A stretch of DNA of 64,000 nt, from NCBI GenBank assembly GCA_964424775.1, contig CAYRJZ010000004.1, forward strand, positions 3,262-67,261, in the 5' to 3' direction. This stretch comes from an uncultured Gammaproteobacteria bacterium (GTDB lineage: Bacteria > Patescibacteriota > Microgenomatia > Levybacterales > UBA12049). Shown piece by piece: positions 29,363-37,870 of this stretch (the stretch's first letter is position 1; every line of letters starts with the position of its first letter). Under the pieces are notes generated by a model. The model did no database searches and had not been told where the DNA came from. It was given only the letters and a program-made list of their open reading frames with translations. A program made the translations under genes and the position numbers.

Positions 29363-31657
29363 TTATTTATATAACGGCAGAGAAAAGAAAAATGTAGATC
29401 CATGTCCTTCTTTACTTTGTACCCACATCTCTCCTCCATTCCTTTTTATAATCTCGTTTGAAATATGAAGACCAATTCCGAGACCACCTGCTGACTTCCC
29501 GTTTTCTTGTATTTGATAAAATCGATCGAATATTTTGTTTATATGCTCCTTACTTATCCCTTGACCATAATCCCGAACACTTACAATGACACTGGATTCT
29601 TGTACTTTAAAAGTAATTACTATTTTTTCTTGAACAGGAGAATACTTTACTGCATTCGTTAACAAATTAATAAGTACTTGTGTGACTCTTTCCTTATCAG
29701 CATAGACGGTGATATTTTTCGTCACTCTAAAAATAAGCTGATGAGATGTAGTTGCTTGAATGCTCTCTACCACTTCTTGTGTGACTTCCGTTAATGAAAA
29801 TACTGCAGGACGAATATACAACTTCCCTGCTTGAATACGAGAAAGATCAAGAAGATCTCCAATCAAATTCGTTAATCTATCAATTTGATTATTCATCTTT
29901 TCAAGAGCGTGCTCTGCACCTTTTTCATTTAGGTTTGAGAACTGTTTTTTCAGCAATTGTGTATACAGTTTCAAACTCGTTACTGGAGTCTTTAACTCGT
30001 GTGAGGCCATACTGATAAAATCATCTTTTCTTTTTTCAAGTTCAATTCGTTCCGTAATATTTCGCCCTATTCCAATAAGTCCTATTAAGTCTCCATTCTC
30101 AAAATACGGAGTACTTCTAAACTCACCTATAATTACTCGTCCTCTTTGTGTCATGATCCGGATATGATATGGCTCTTTCAATGGTATTTTTAATCCAGAA
30201 ATAAATCTTTCTTTGGCATACTCGACATCATCTGGATGAACAAGTCCCAAAAAGTGCTTCCCAACCCAATCCTTCACTTTCCATCCAGTTAATACCTCAA
30301 AAGATGGGCTGAGGGAGACAAGCTTTCCTTCAAGATCAATACTATAAATGACATCAGGTGCTAACTGAACAAGATTTCTATATTTTGCCTCACTAATTTG
30401 AAGTGCATCGTCAGCCATTTTGCTTTGAGTGATATCCATCGTTACTCCACGCATACCTATCGCCTTCCCTGAGCTATCAACGATAACTGAAGAATGAGCA
30501 TCTACCCAAATCACTTTCCCTTTTTTTGTTATCCAACGAAATCTATTGATACCACTTTGTTTTTTCTCAAATTTATCATTTGCAACTGCTGCTGCTTTTT
30601 CACGATCTTCTGGATGTACTATCTTCAACCAAAAATTTGGAGTATTCAACCAATCACTCACAGAATATCCAAGCATTTTTTTCACATAGCCACTCACAAA
30701 ATTTATTCTTTGACTTTGTTGGTCTGGCTTTCCATACGCCTCCCAAATTATTCCAGGGACATCATTGATAATATCGTTAAGACGCTTTCGTTGATATTGA
30801 ACTTCAGAGAGGAGCCAATTTCTTTCATCTTCTGATTTCTTTTTATCAGTGACATTTCTATTTAAAGCAACCACACCAATCATTTCTCCTTTATCATCAG
30901 TTACCGTACTCACTGTTCCTAAAACATGAATAGCAACCCCATCTTTATTATGTTGAATTACTTCACCACTCCATTTTCCTATTTTTTTTAAAGACTCTCT
31001 ATATTCTTTTAGTGAGGAGGTAACAAATTCTTTAACAGGAATAACATCTGATATGAATTTCCCTATGACATCATCTTGTTTCCACCCGTAAAGTATTTCA
31101 GCGCCTATGTTCCAACTCATTATTTTCTTATCTAGATCAATTGAGATGACAGCATCAGTAATATTCTCAAGTAGCCGAGAATGATGATATAACCGTTCTT
31201 CAAGGATACGCTGTTTGGTAACATCTCGCTGCGTCCCCCATGCTCGAAGTATCTTGCCGCTTTCGATAATTCCGACTAAATTATTTATGAAGTAATGCAC
31301 CTCACCATGTCGGTCATACTCTTTTGTCTCCGCCTCAGTTAGTCGATACCCAGACTGAATAAAATGTGTTAAATATTCAACATTTGCTTTTTCAGATCGA
31401 GGAAGCATGTCACCTAAACGTGTACCCACCATTTCTTCACAGCTTTTCATTCCATACATGTGGGCGAGTGCATCATTGCACTCTGCAAGATAAGCATATT
31501 TGTAAATGAGATTTATTTGTTTACGAATTGAAAGGCTGGTGGAAATTGGTTCATCCAGCTCAAATCGCCAGATTGCCTCACTACTTGTTGCAAGAAAAGC
31601 CTTATATCTTTCAATCGCAATATCCGCCTCTGATACCACTGTTTTCTTTTTCTTCAT
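29363..31657 (-). CDS. Multi-PAS sensor histidine kinase (cytoplasmic)
   Basis: H-box SHELKTPVTSLK. G-boxes GGLGIGLHIS...GHGSTFFFSLP. Several PAS/PAC-like repeats (e.g. NRNVTDKKKSEDE, GRNITERIELE). No TM segments. Confidence 0.85.
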   Translation of the reverse strand: MKKKKTVVSEADIAIERYKAFLATSSEAIWRFELDEPISTSLSIRKQINLIYKYAYLAECNDALAHMYGMKSCEEMVGTRLGDMLPRSEKANVEYLTHFIQSGYRLTEAETKEYDRHGEVHYFINNLVGIIESGKILRAWGTQRDVTKQRILEERLYHHSRLLENITDAVISIDLDKKIMSWNIGAEILYGWKQDDVIGKFISDVIPVKEFVTSSLKEYRESLKKIGKWSGEVIQHNKDGVAIHVLGTVSTVTDDKGEMIGVVALNRNVTDKKKSEDERNWLLSEVQYQRKRLNDIINDVPGIIWEAYGKPDQQSQRINFVSGYVKKMLGYSVSDWLNTPNFWLKIVHPEDREKAAAVANDKFEKKQSGINRFRWITKKGKVIWVDAHSSVIVDSSGKAIGMRGVTMDITQSKMADDALQISEAKYRNLVQLAPDVIYSIDLEGKLVSLSPSFEVLTGWKVKDWVGKHFLGLVHPDDVEYAKERFISGLKIPLKEPYHIRIMTQRGRVIIGEFRSTPYFENGDLIGLIGIGRNITERIELEKRKDDFISMASHELKTPVTSLKLYTQLLKKQFSNLNEKGAEHALEKMNNQIDRLTNLIGDLLDLSRIQAGKLYIRPAVFSLTEVTQEVVESIQATTSHQLIFRVTKNITVYADKERVTQVLINLLTNAVKYSPVQEKIVITFKVQESSVIVSVRDYGQGISKEHINKIFDRFYQIQENGKSAGGLGIGLHISNEIIKRNGGEMWVQSKEGHGSTFFFSLPLYK

Positions 31658-31669
31658 AGGCAGTAATTA

Positions 31670-33829
31670 TTAGGATCCTGTAGGTAACTCAACAATAAAT
31701 GTTGATCCTTTTTTAGGTATACTTTGAAGCTGAATTGACCCACCATGAGCTTTTACAATCGAATTGACCATATAAAGTCCGACTCCAAGTCCTTTTTGTG
31801 ATGATCGAACATCACCTCGCTCAAATCGATCAAAAATCCTCTTTTGTTGATCTTGCGCAATACCCATCCCGTTATCCTTGACTGCAAGCTTAGCAATTTT
31901 GTTGCTATTTGATAATCGAACTTCAATCGGCTTGCCATTACCATACTTAATAGCATTCGTAATGAGATTAATGATGACCTGTTCTATTCTGACTTTATCG
32001 AATGATCCTTTGATAATCTTTTCTGCATGAAATTCTATCGAACTTCCTGCTTTCTGTGCTTGTTCTTCCATCCTTGTTATCACATCTTTTACTATTGGAT
32101 TGAGATCAATTTCCTCTTTCTCTAAATTCATTCGACCTGTTGTTATAAGTGAAATATTCAATAAATCATTAACTAATTTTGTTAAACGTTTACTTTGATT
32201 TATCGTACTCTCAAGCATTGTTACTGTCTTATCAATCGAAAAGTTGGCAAGAGATTCATTTTTTATACTATGTAAAACACTTTGTAGTTGTAATAACATT
32301 GATGTTAAAGGCGTTTTCAATTCATGTGATGCTATCGAGAGGAATTCATCTCTCGCCTGTACGGCTTCACGTACCTCTTCATAGAGGCGTGCATTCTCAA
32401 GTGAAATAGAGACACGTCCTGCTATTTCTTTTGCAACAAGAAAATCATTCTCTGAATAATAATGCTCTTGTTCGCTGAGTCCGAATGTCATTACACCAAT
32501 AGTTTCTCGTCCTATCTTTAACGGAACAACGATAAGTGAGTGCACTTGCAATCGACTTAATAATTTTAAATGCGTTTGATCAACCGTTACATCCTTTACC
32601 CAATCAGGCTCTAATTGTTGTGACAGGAGGGCTTTTCCTGATTTCATTACCTGTCCACTGGGACGCTTTATTGCTTCATGGGGTGGATATTTTTCTGCAA
32701 TTTCACGAAGTATCCTTTCTTTCTCCTTTCGAACCGCAGCGACTTCAACTAACTGAGTCTTACCACCTTTTCTCTGTACGTATATTTCGCTGAGATCAGC
32801 AAATTGTGGAACGAGAGACTTCACGACATTGGAAAGCGCTTTCTTCGGATCAAGGGTTGAAGAGACTTCTGTACTTGCAGTGGCGATGACCTCAAGTGCT
32901 TTTCGTGATTCCTTTCTCTCAATTGTAGTTTGAAGAACATTTGCTATTGATTCTACAAAAGTAATTTCATCTCTTGAAATTGATCGTTTTTCCTTTGAAT
33001 ACACACTTAATACTCCATAATTTTGAGGTGCTCCTCGAAGTGGAATACTTATCCCGCTGTAAATAGAATATTCTTCAAGAAAATTCTTATCACTGAATGT
33101 ATTAAACTTTCTCCCACGATTGAAATGAACTATTTCTCCTTCTTCTAACACTGCTCCTACATGTGAGTCAGATGTGTTTTGTACTCGGATTTTTTTATTT
33201 CCACTTCCCCATCCCGCACCTGTTCTGAGTCTAATTGTCTGACCACTAGGCTCAATCTCCCAAAATGCAACGTAGTCTACCCCAAGTGTTTGTTGTATAG
33301 CTCTTATACTTCTACTCAGAAGGAGTTGAAGTGATTGATGTTCAAGACCAAACTGACCAAGAGTTGCAATTACAGCTTGCTGTGCTGTTTGGCGCTTCAT
33401 ACGAGCATAGGCAGTATTCTTTAAATGAATTATTCCAGTGATGAATATTCCTTCTACGCAGTAAAGAAATAGTCTAAATAGTTCATTTAAATTCTGTGTG
33501 TTAAACGAATTAACGGGAGAAATAAAAAGAAAAACAAAAATAAAAGCAGTAACAACAGTCGTTAAAATACCTGGCCCAAACCCAGCAAACCAGGCAACAA
33601 TAAATATTGCTGGAAGTCCAATCATAAATTCTGGATCCTCATTCAGGAATGGAATCAAACTTGTTCTTAAAAGTAAAAAAAGAAGACTTATTACAATTGC
33701 AAAGAGGTATCTTACTATACCTGATCTACTCCGAGTTAAAGCTATAGCATCATCAAGACGCGTAAAAAAAGAATTTGTTTTTTTTCTTTGAGGTTTTAAT
33801 CTTTCTTTAATGCTTAAATTCTTTACCAT
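31670..33829 (-). CDS. Membrane sensor histidine kinase with GAF domains
   Basis: N-terminal 4-TM sensor module. H-box SHELKTPLTSM. N-box NLITNAIKYG. G-box GLGVGLYMV...GSTFIVELP. Two GAF-like regions. Confidence 0.85.
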   Translation of the reverse strand: MVKNLSIKERLKPQRKKTNSFFTRLDDAIALTRSRSGIVRYLFAIVISLLFLLLRTSLIPFLNEDPEFMIGLPAIFIVAWFAGFGPGILTTVVTAFIFVFLFISPVNSFNTQNLNELFRLFLYCVEGIFITGIIHLKNTAYARMKRQTAQQAVIATLGQFGLEHQSLQLLLSRSIRAIQQTLGVDYVAFWEIEPSGQTIRLRTGAGWGSGNKKIRVQNTSDSHVGAVLEEGEIVHFNRGRKFNTFSDKNFLEEYSIYSGISIPLRGAPQNYGVLSVYSKEKRSISRDEITFVESIANVLQTTIERKESRKALEVIATASTEVSSTLDPKKALSNVVKSLVPQFADLSEIYVQRKGGKTQLVEVAAVRKEKERILREIAEKYPPHEAIKRPSGQVMKSGKALLSQQLEPDWVKDVTVDQTHLKLLSRLQVHSLIVVPLKIGRETIGVMTFGLSEQEHYYSENDFLVAKEIAGRVSISLENARLYEEVREAVQARDEFLSIASHELKTPLTSMLLQLQSVLHSIKNESLANFSIDKTVTMLESTINQSKRLTKLVNDLLNISLITTGRMNLEKEEIDLNPIVKDVITRMEEQAQKAGSSIEFHAEKIIKGSFDKVRIEQVIINLITNAIKYGNGKPIEVRLSNSNKIAKLAVKDNGMGIAQDQQKRIFDRFERGDVRSSQKGLGVGLYMVNSIVKAHGGSIQLQSIPKKGSTFIVELPTGS

Positions 33830-33898
33830 TCTATCTCTTCAAGGATGCGTACCATACTAGCTTTTTTCTTACGAAAAAACAATATGTTCTCTCACAAT

Positions 33899-34591
33899 TT
33901 ATGAGGCAGGTTTACTATGCGGTAAAATTTTTTTCATGTAATGAAGAGTCGATTTTGATAAAACAAATGAGAGACCAAGAAGTGAAAGACCAAGAGCAAG
34001 AAGTGTACCGCCAATGACATCTGTCATCCAATGTTCTCCAAGATATGGCCTTGACATGAGCATTATACTCACAAAGACAAAAACTCCTCCACTCAGTATT
34101 CCTTTAAGAAGTAATGGAAGCCGTTTGCTATGCCATATAATATAAAGAACAATAACAGAAATAAAAACAGTTCTCCCACTATGTCCTGATGGATATGATG
34201 ATTCTGATCGAACATGGAATTGAGGAAATTCAAAAGGATGTTCTGTCCTCAGCATAAATTGAGGTGGAGGTGGATGATCGACATAAAACTTTCCAAATAG
34301 CTCAATGATATGAAATAAGCCAAAACTTCCAAAAAGGACTATACCCGCAACTAATTTACGAAGTCCTAAAAGAAGAATAACAAGAACAACAGTCAGTACC
34401 TCAAAGTTCCCCATGATACTGAAAGTAGAAAAGAGAGAGTCAAATCGTCTGCTAATGTTATCCTGCAGCCTGACAGTGACATCAAAATCATTTTGTGTAA
34501 AAACGTTTTTATGAACTAAATAAGAGTAACCAATGAAAAGAAAGACGAAGAATATTCCACCAATTAAATACCAAAAATTCTTTTTGGACAT
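33899..34591 (-). CDS. PAP2-family membrane phosphatase
   Basis: PSGHS and SRPYLGEHWMTD (SR-x5-H-x3-D) PAP2 motifs. Polytopic. Confidence 0.75.
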   Translation of the reverse strand: MSKKNFWYLIGGIFFVFLFIGYSYLVHKNVFTQNDFDVTVRLQDNISRRFDSLFSTFSIMGNFEVLTVVLVILLLGLRKLVAGIVLFGSFGLFHIIELFGKFYVDHPPPPQFMLRTEHPFEFPQFHVRSESSYPSGHSGRTVFISVIVLYIIWHSKRLPLLLKGILSGGVFVFVSIMLMSRPYLGEHWMTDVIGGTLLALGLSLLGLSFVLSKSTLHYMKKILPHSKPAS

Positions 34592-34628
34592 ACATTACAT
34601 AATACAAGAGAAGAGTTATGGGAGCAAA

Positions 34629-35510
34629 TTAAAGGGAGAGACTTTTAAGATAATTTCGGAATTCTTCACTAATCTCAGGATGTGTCAGTGCAAGATCCAC
34701 TGCAGTTTTCATATACTCCAATTTATTGCCAGTGTCATAATATTTTCCATTTTCAATTTCAACTGCATATATCGGAACACCATCATCTCGAAGTAAATTA
34801 ATAGCATCAGTTAGCCAGATCTCTCCACCTTTTCCTGGCTTAAGACTCTTCAGCGCTCCAAAAATCTCCGGTGGAACAATATATGCCCCATGAGTTGCCA
34901 AGTTTGATGGTGCTGATTCAGGATCAGGCTTTTCAACTATTGATTTAATCTTTGAAACATTACCTTCCACAGGTTCTATGTCTGCAATACCGTATCGCTT
35001 CAAGTCCTCCTTCTTCTCGATTTTTACTCCTGATATAACTACTCCACCATATTTCTCATAGACAGCTTTCATTTGTGCGAGGCGTGGTGGATTGGAATAG
35101 ATAAATTCATCTCCCCATAGCACAGCAAATGCCTCATTCTCAATGACAGGCTCTGCTGCAAGAACAGGTGTCCCGTTCCCATAAGGGCCTTTCTGTCTCA
35201 CATAAATAAAGTTCGCCATCTCTGAAATTTTTCTTGTTGCTTCTAGAAGAGCTTGTTTTCCACCTGCTTCCAAGTTTTGAATAAGGTCTGCGTTTGGAAC
35301 ATCAAAATGATCTTCAATTGCTCTTTTGAGTGCTCCTGTGACGATAACAACATCTTCAATTCCTGAATTCACTGCCTCTTCAACGACATACTGAATAACT
35401 GGCTTATCAACAATTGGGAGCATTTCTTTGGGCATTGCTTTTGTCTGAGGAAGAAATCGAGTACCAAATCCGGCTGCGGGGATAACTGCTTTACGAATAG
35501 TATTTGCCAT
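34629..35510 (-). CDS. galU: UTP--glucose-1-phosphate uridylyltransferase
   Basis: N-terminal KAVIPAAGFGTRFLPQTKAMPKEMLPIVDKPVIQYVVEEA nucleotide-binding signature. Confidence 0.85.
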   Translation of the reverse strand: MANTIRKAVIPAAGFGTRFLPQTKAMPKEMLPIVDKPVIQYVVEEAVNSGIEDVVIVTGALKRAIEDHFDVPNADLIQNLEAGGKQALLEATRKISEMANFIYVRQKGPYGNGTPVLAAEPVIENEAFAVLWGDEFIYSNPPRLAQMKAVYEKYGGVVISGVKIEKKEDLKRYGIADIEPVEGNVSKIKSIVEKPDPESAPSNLATHGAYIVPPEIFGALKSLKPGKGGEIWLTDAINLLRDDGVPIYAVEIENGKYYDTGNKLEYMKTAVDLALTHPEISEEFRNYLKSLSL

Positions 35511-35678
35511 AGGATGTGATTATAGGAGTGGATTTCCTAAAATGCAACTGTACTGTCATTGTAGAGCCCTCCTCTTTACATGTCAATGAGGATTTGGTAG
35601 AATACTTTGAGGCTATCTTGATCCCAACTAGCTTGGGATCTTTCTCTTTTTGAGAAAAATGAAGACTTTGCATCATTT

Positions 35679-35861
35679 ATGAGTTCACCTGTAACATTTT
35701 TTCAACAAACATATGATGAACTCAAAAAAGTTACCTGGCCGAGTAGAAATGATATTATTCGCTTAACAGCAATAGTTCTATTCATCAGCGTTGCAGTAGG
35801 ACTTTATATAGGAGCGATAGACTTTATTTTGACAAAGATAACTGAAGTACTATTAAAATAA
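35679..35861 (+). CDS. secE: Preprotein translocase subunit SecE
   Basis: 60 aa with one C-terminal TM helix. KVTWPSRNDI motif. Immediately upstream of nusG. Confidence 0.75.
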   Translation: MSSPVTFFQQTYDELKKVTWPSRNDIIRLTAIVLFISVAVGLYIGAIDFILTKITEVLLK

Positions 35862-35863
35862 TT

Positions 35864-36457
35864 ATGGATCAACCAACAACACCTCCACAGAATGGAGCAA
35901 CTGAAGAACAAATTAAAGAAGCTGCAGCATCACCCGATGCGAAGTGGTACATCGTACATACGTATGCTGGTCACGAGAATAAAGTTGCTCGCAACCTCAA
36001 ACAGCGACTTGAAACAATGGGTTTTGAAACTCGAATTTTCGATATTATTGTTCCAACTCGCAGTACTATAAAAGTACAAGGCGGAAAGAAAGAAGAAGTT
36101 CAAGAAAAAATATTTCCAGGATATGTTCTCGTGAAGATGATCCTTGATGATGAATCTTGGCTTCTCGTTCGAACAACTCAAGGAGTTACTGCTTTTATCG
36201 GCGCAGGAAACAAACCAACTCCGATCTCTGAAAAAGAAGTTGAAGCGATTCAACAATTCATGAAGCAAGAAGAGCCTCTTTACAAGACAGCATTTGTCGT
36301 TGGTGAAGCTGTTAAGATCGTTGATGGTCCATTTGCAGATTTCTTAGGCACTATTGATAATATTGATGAAACTCGAGGTAAACTCCGGGTCCTCGTCAGT
36401 ATTTTCGGTCGTGAAACCCCCGTTGAGCTTGATTTCCTTCAAGTTCAGAAGATCTAA
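35864..36457 (+). CDS. nusG: Transcription antitermination factor NusG
   Basis: NGN domain KWYIVHTYAGHENKV. C-terminal KOW (GEAVKIVDGPFADFLGTI). Confidence 0.9.
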   Translation: MDQPTTPPQNGATEEQIKEAAASPDAKWYIVHTYAGHENKVARNLKQRLETMGFETRIFDIIVPTRSTIKVQGGKKEEVQEKIFPGYVLVKMILDDESWLLVRTTQGVTAFIGAGNKPTPISEKEVEAIQQFMKQEEPLYKTAFVVGEAVKIVDGPFADFLGTIDNIDETRGKLRVLVSIFGRETPVELDFLQVQKI

Positions 36458-36594
36458 AGCTAATCAGCTTGTATTTAGGGGAAAAATTGATATAATGAGT
36501 TGAATCATATGGGAGAGTGAAACTCGATTGTACCTGTGATTGATAGATATACTTCTTCGAAAGTTCCTCTTTCAATCCATCTCCCTTTAAAAAT

Positions 36595-37017
36595 ATGGCA
36601 AAAAAAATAAAAGCATTAGTAAAAGTTAATATTCCAGCTGGAGCAGCAACTCCTGCACCTCCGGTTGGTACTGCGCTTGGACCTCATGGAATCCAGATCA
36701 TGGAATTTGTGAAGGCTTTCAATGATAAGACAGCTGATCAAAGAGGAAATATTATTCCTGCAGTTATTACAATCTATGAGGATAGAACATTCTCATTCAT
36801 TACGAAAAAACCACCTATCTCAGAGATGATTAAGAAAGCTCTTGGTCGTGGAGGATCACAAAAACCAGGAAAAGAAAAAGCAGGGACACTTTCTGCGTCC
36901 CAAGTTGAACAAATCGCAAAAGACAAGCTGGAAGATCTTAATACTGACGATGTTGCGGCTGCATCTAAAATTGTTGCAGGGGTTGCACGAAGTATGGGCG
37001 TGGAGGTAGCAAGTTAA
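36595..37017 (+). CDS. rplK: 50S ribosomal protein L11
   Basis: KVNIPAGAATPAPPVGTALGPHGI matches the L11 N-terminal domain. Confidence 0.9.
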   Translation: MAKKIKALVKVNIPAGAATPAPPVGTALGPHGIQIMEFVKAFNDKTADQRGNIIPAVITIYEDRTFSFITKKPPISEMIKKALGRGGSQKPGKEKAGTLSASQVEQIAKDKLEDLNTDDVAAASKIVAGVARSMGVEVAS

Positions 37018-37018
37018 T

Positions 37019-37831
37019 ATGGGAAAAATTAGAGTTAAAGCAATTGGAGATGAAGAATTAGAAAAACAGCAAGCAGAGGAAGCAAAAAAAAGATCTGCTG
37101 CAAAGAAAGCTGATAAAGAAGAAACTCAAGTCGAATCTCCTGATAATCAGGGAGAGGAAGCTGTTGACGCTCCAGTTAAAAAGACAAAAAAAGAGAAATT
37201 CCAAAAAGAAGCATTAAGTAAAAGATCTAAATCTTATACTGCAACAGCACAACTCATCGACAAAACTAAAAACTACACCCTGTCAGAAGCAGTAAAAGTA
37301 CTCCCAACACTTAAACGGGCTAAATTTGACGAAACAGTTGAACTTCACTTTACTCTCACTGAGGGAAGTATGTCTGGAAGTGTTGTTCTTCCACATGGAA
37401 CAGGCAAACAAACTCGCGTTGCAATCGCAGATGGAAGTGACGCAAAAGCAGTTGAAGACTTAGTTAAAAAAATTGAAGGCGGAACACTCGATTTTGATGT
37501 TCTTATCGCAACACCTGATGCTATGCCAAAACTCGCTCGAGTCGCTCGCGTTCTTGGACCACGAGGTCTTATGCCAAATCCAAAAAATGGGACAGTTACA
37601 CCAAAGCCACAAGAGGCTGCTGAAAAGTATGCTGGTGGACAAATGAATTATAAAAGTGAAGCAAAATTCCCTCTTCTTCATGTCGCAATTGGAAAAGTTT
37701 CATTTAGTGAAGATAAGATATTAGATAATGCAAAAAGTCTTATTGCATCTCTTGATAAGAAAAAGATTAAAAAAGCAACTTTAAAGAGCACTATGTCCCC
37801 TGCTCTCCATCTGGATATCACAAGTCTCTAA
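37019..37831 (+). CDS. rplA: 50S ribosomal protein L1 with about 70-aa K/E-rich N-terminal extension
   Basis: Core L1 motifs (FDETVELHF, GPRGLMPNPKNGTV). Canonical L1 is about 230 aa; the extra K/E-rich N-terminal segment makes this 270 aa. Confidence 0.85.
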   Translation: MGKIRVKAIGDEELEKQQAEEAKKRSAAKKADKEETQVESPDNQGEEAVDAPVKKTKKEKFQKEALSKRSKSYTATAQLIDKTKNYTLSEAVKVLPTLKRAKFDETVELHFTLTEGSMSGSVVLPHGTGKQTRVAIADGSDAKAVEDLVKKIEGGTLDFDVLIATPDAMPKLARVARVLGPRGLMPNPKNGTVTPKPQEAAEKYAGGQMNYKSEAKFPLLHVAIGKVSFSEDKILDNAKSLIASLDKKKIKKATLKSTMSPALHLDITSL

Positions 37832-37870
37832 TTTTGACTTCGTTTACCCCTTTTCATACAATATCTGTGT

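Noticed and set aside
35491-35676. 61-aa minus-strand ORF between galU and secE
   Set aside because: It lies in the divergent promoter region (TTACAT ... TAGAAT box and the gatcccaa/ttgggatc hairpin). No RBS. The product is low complexity.
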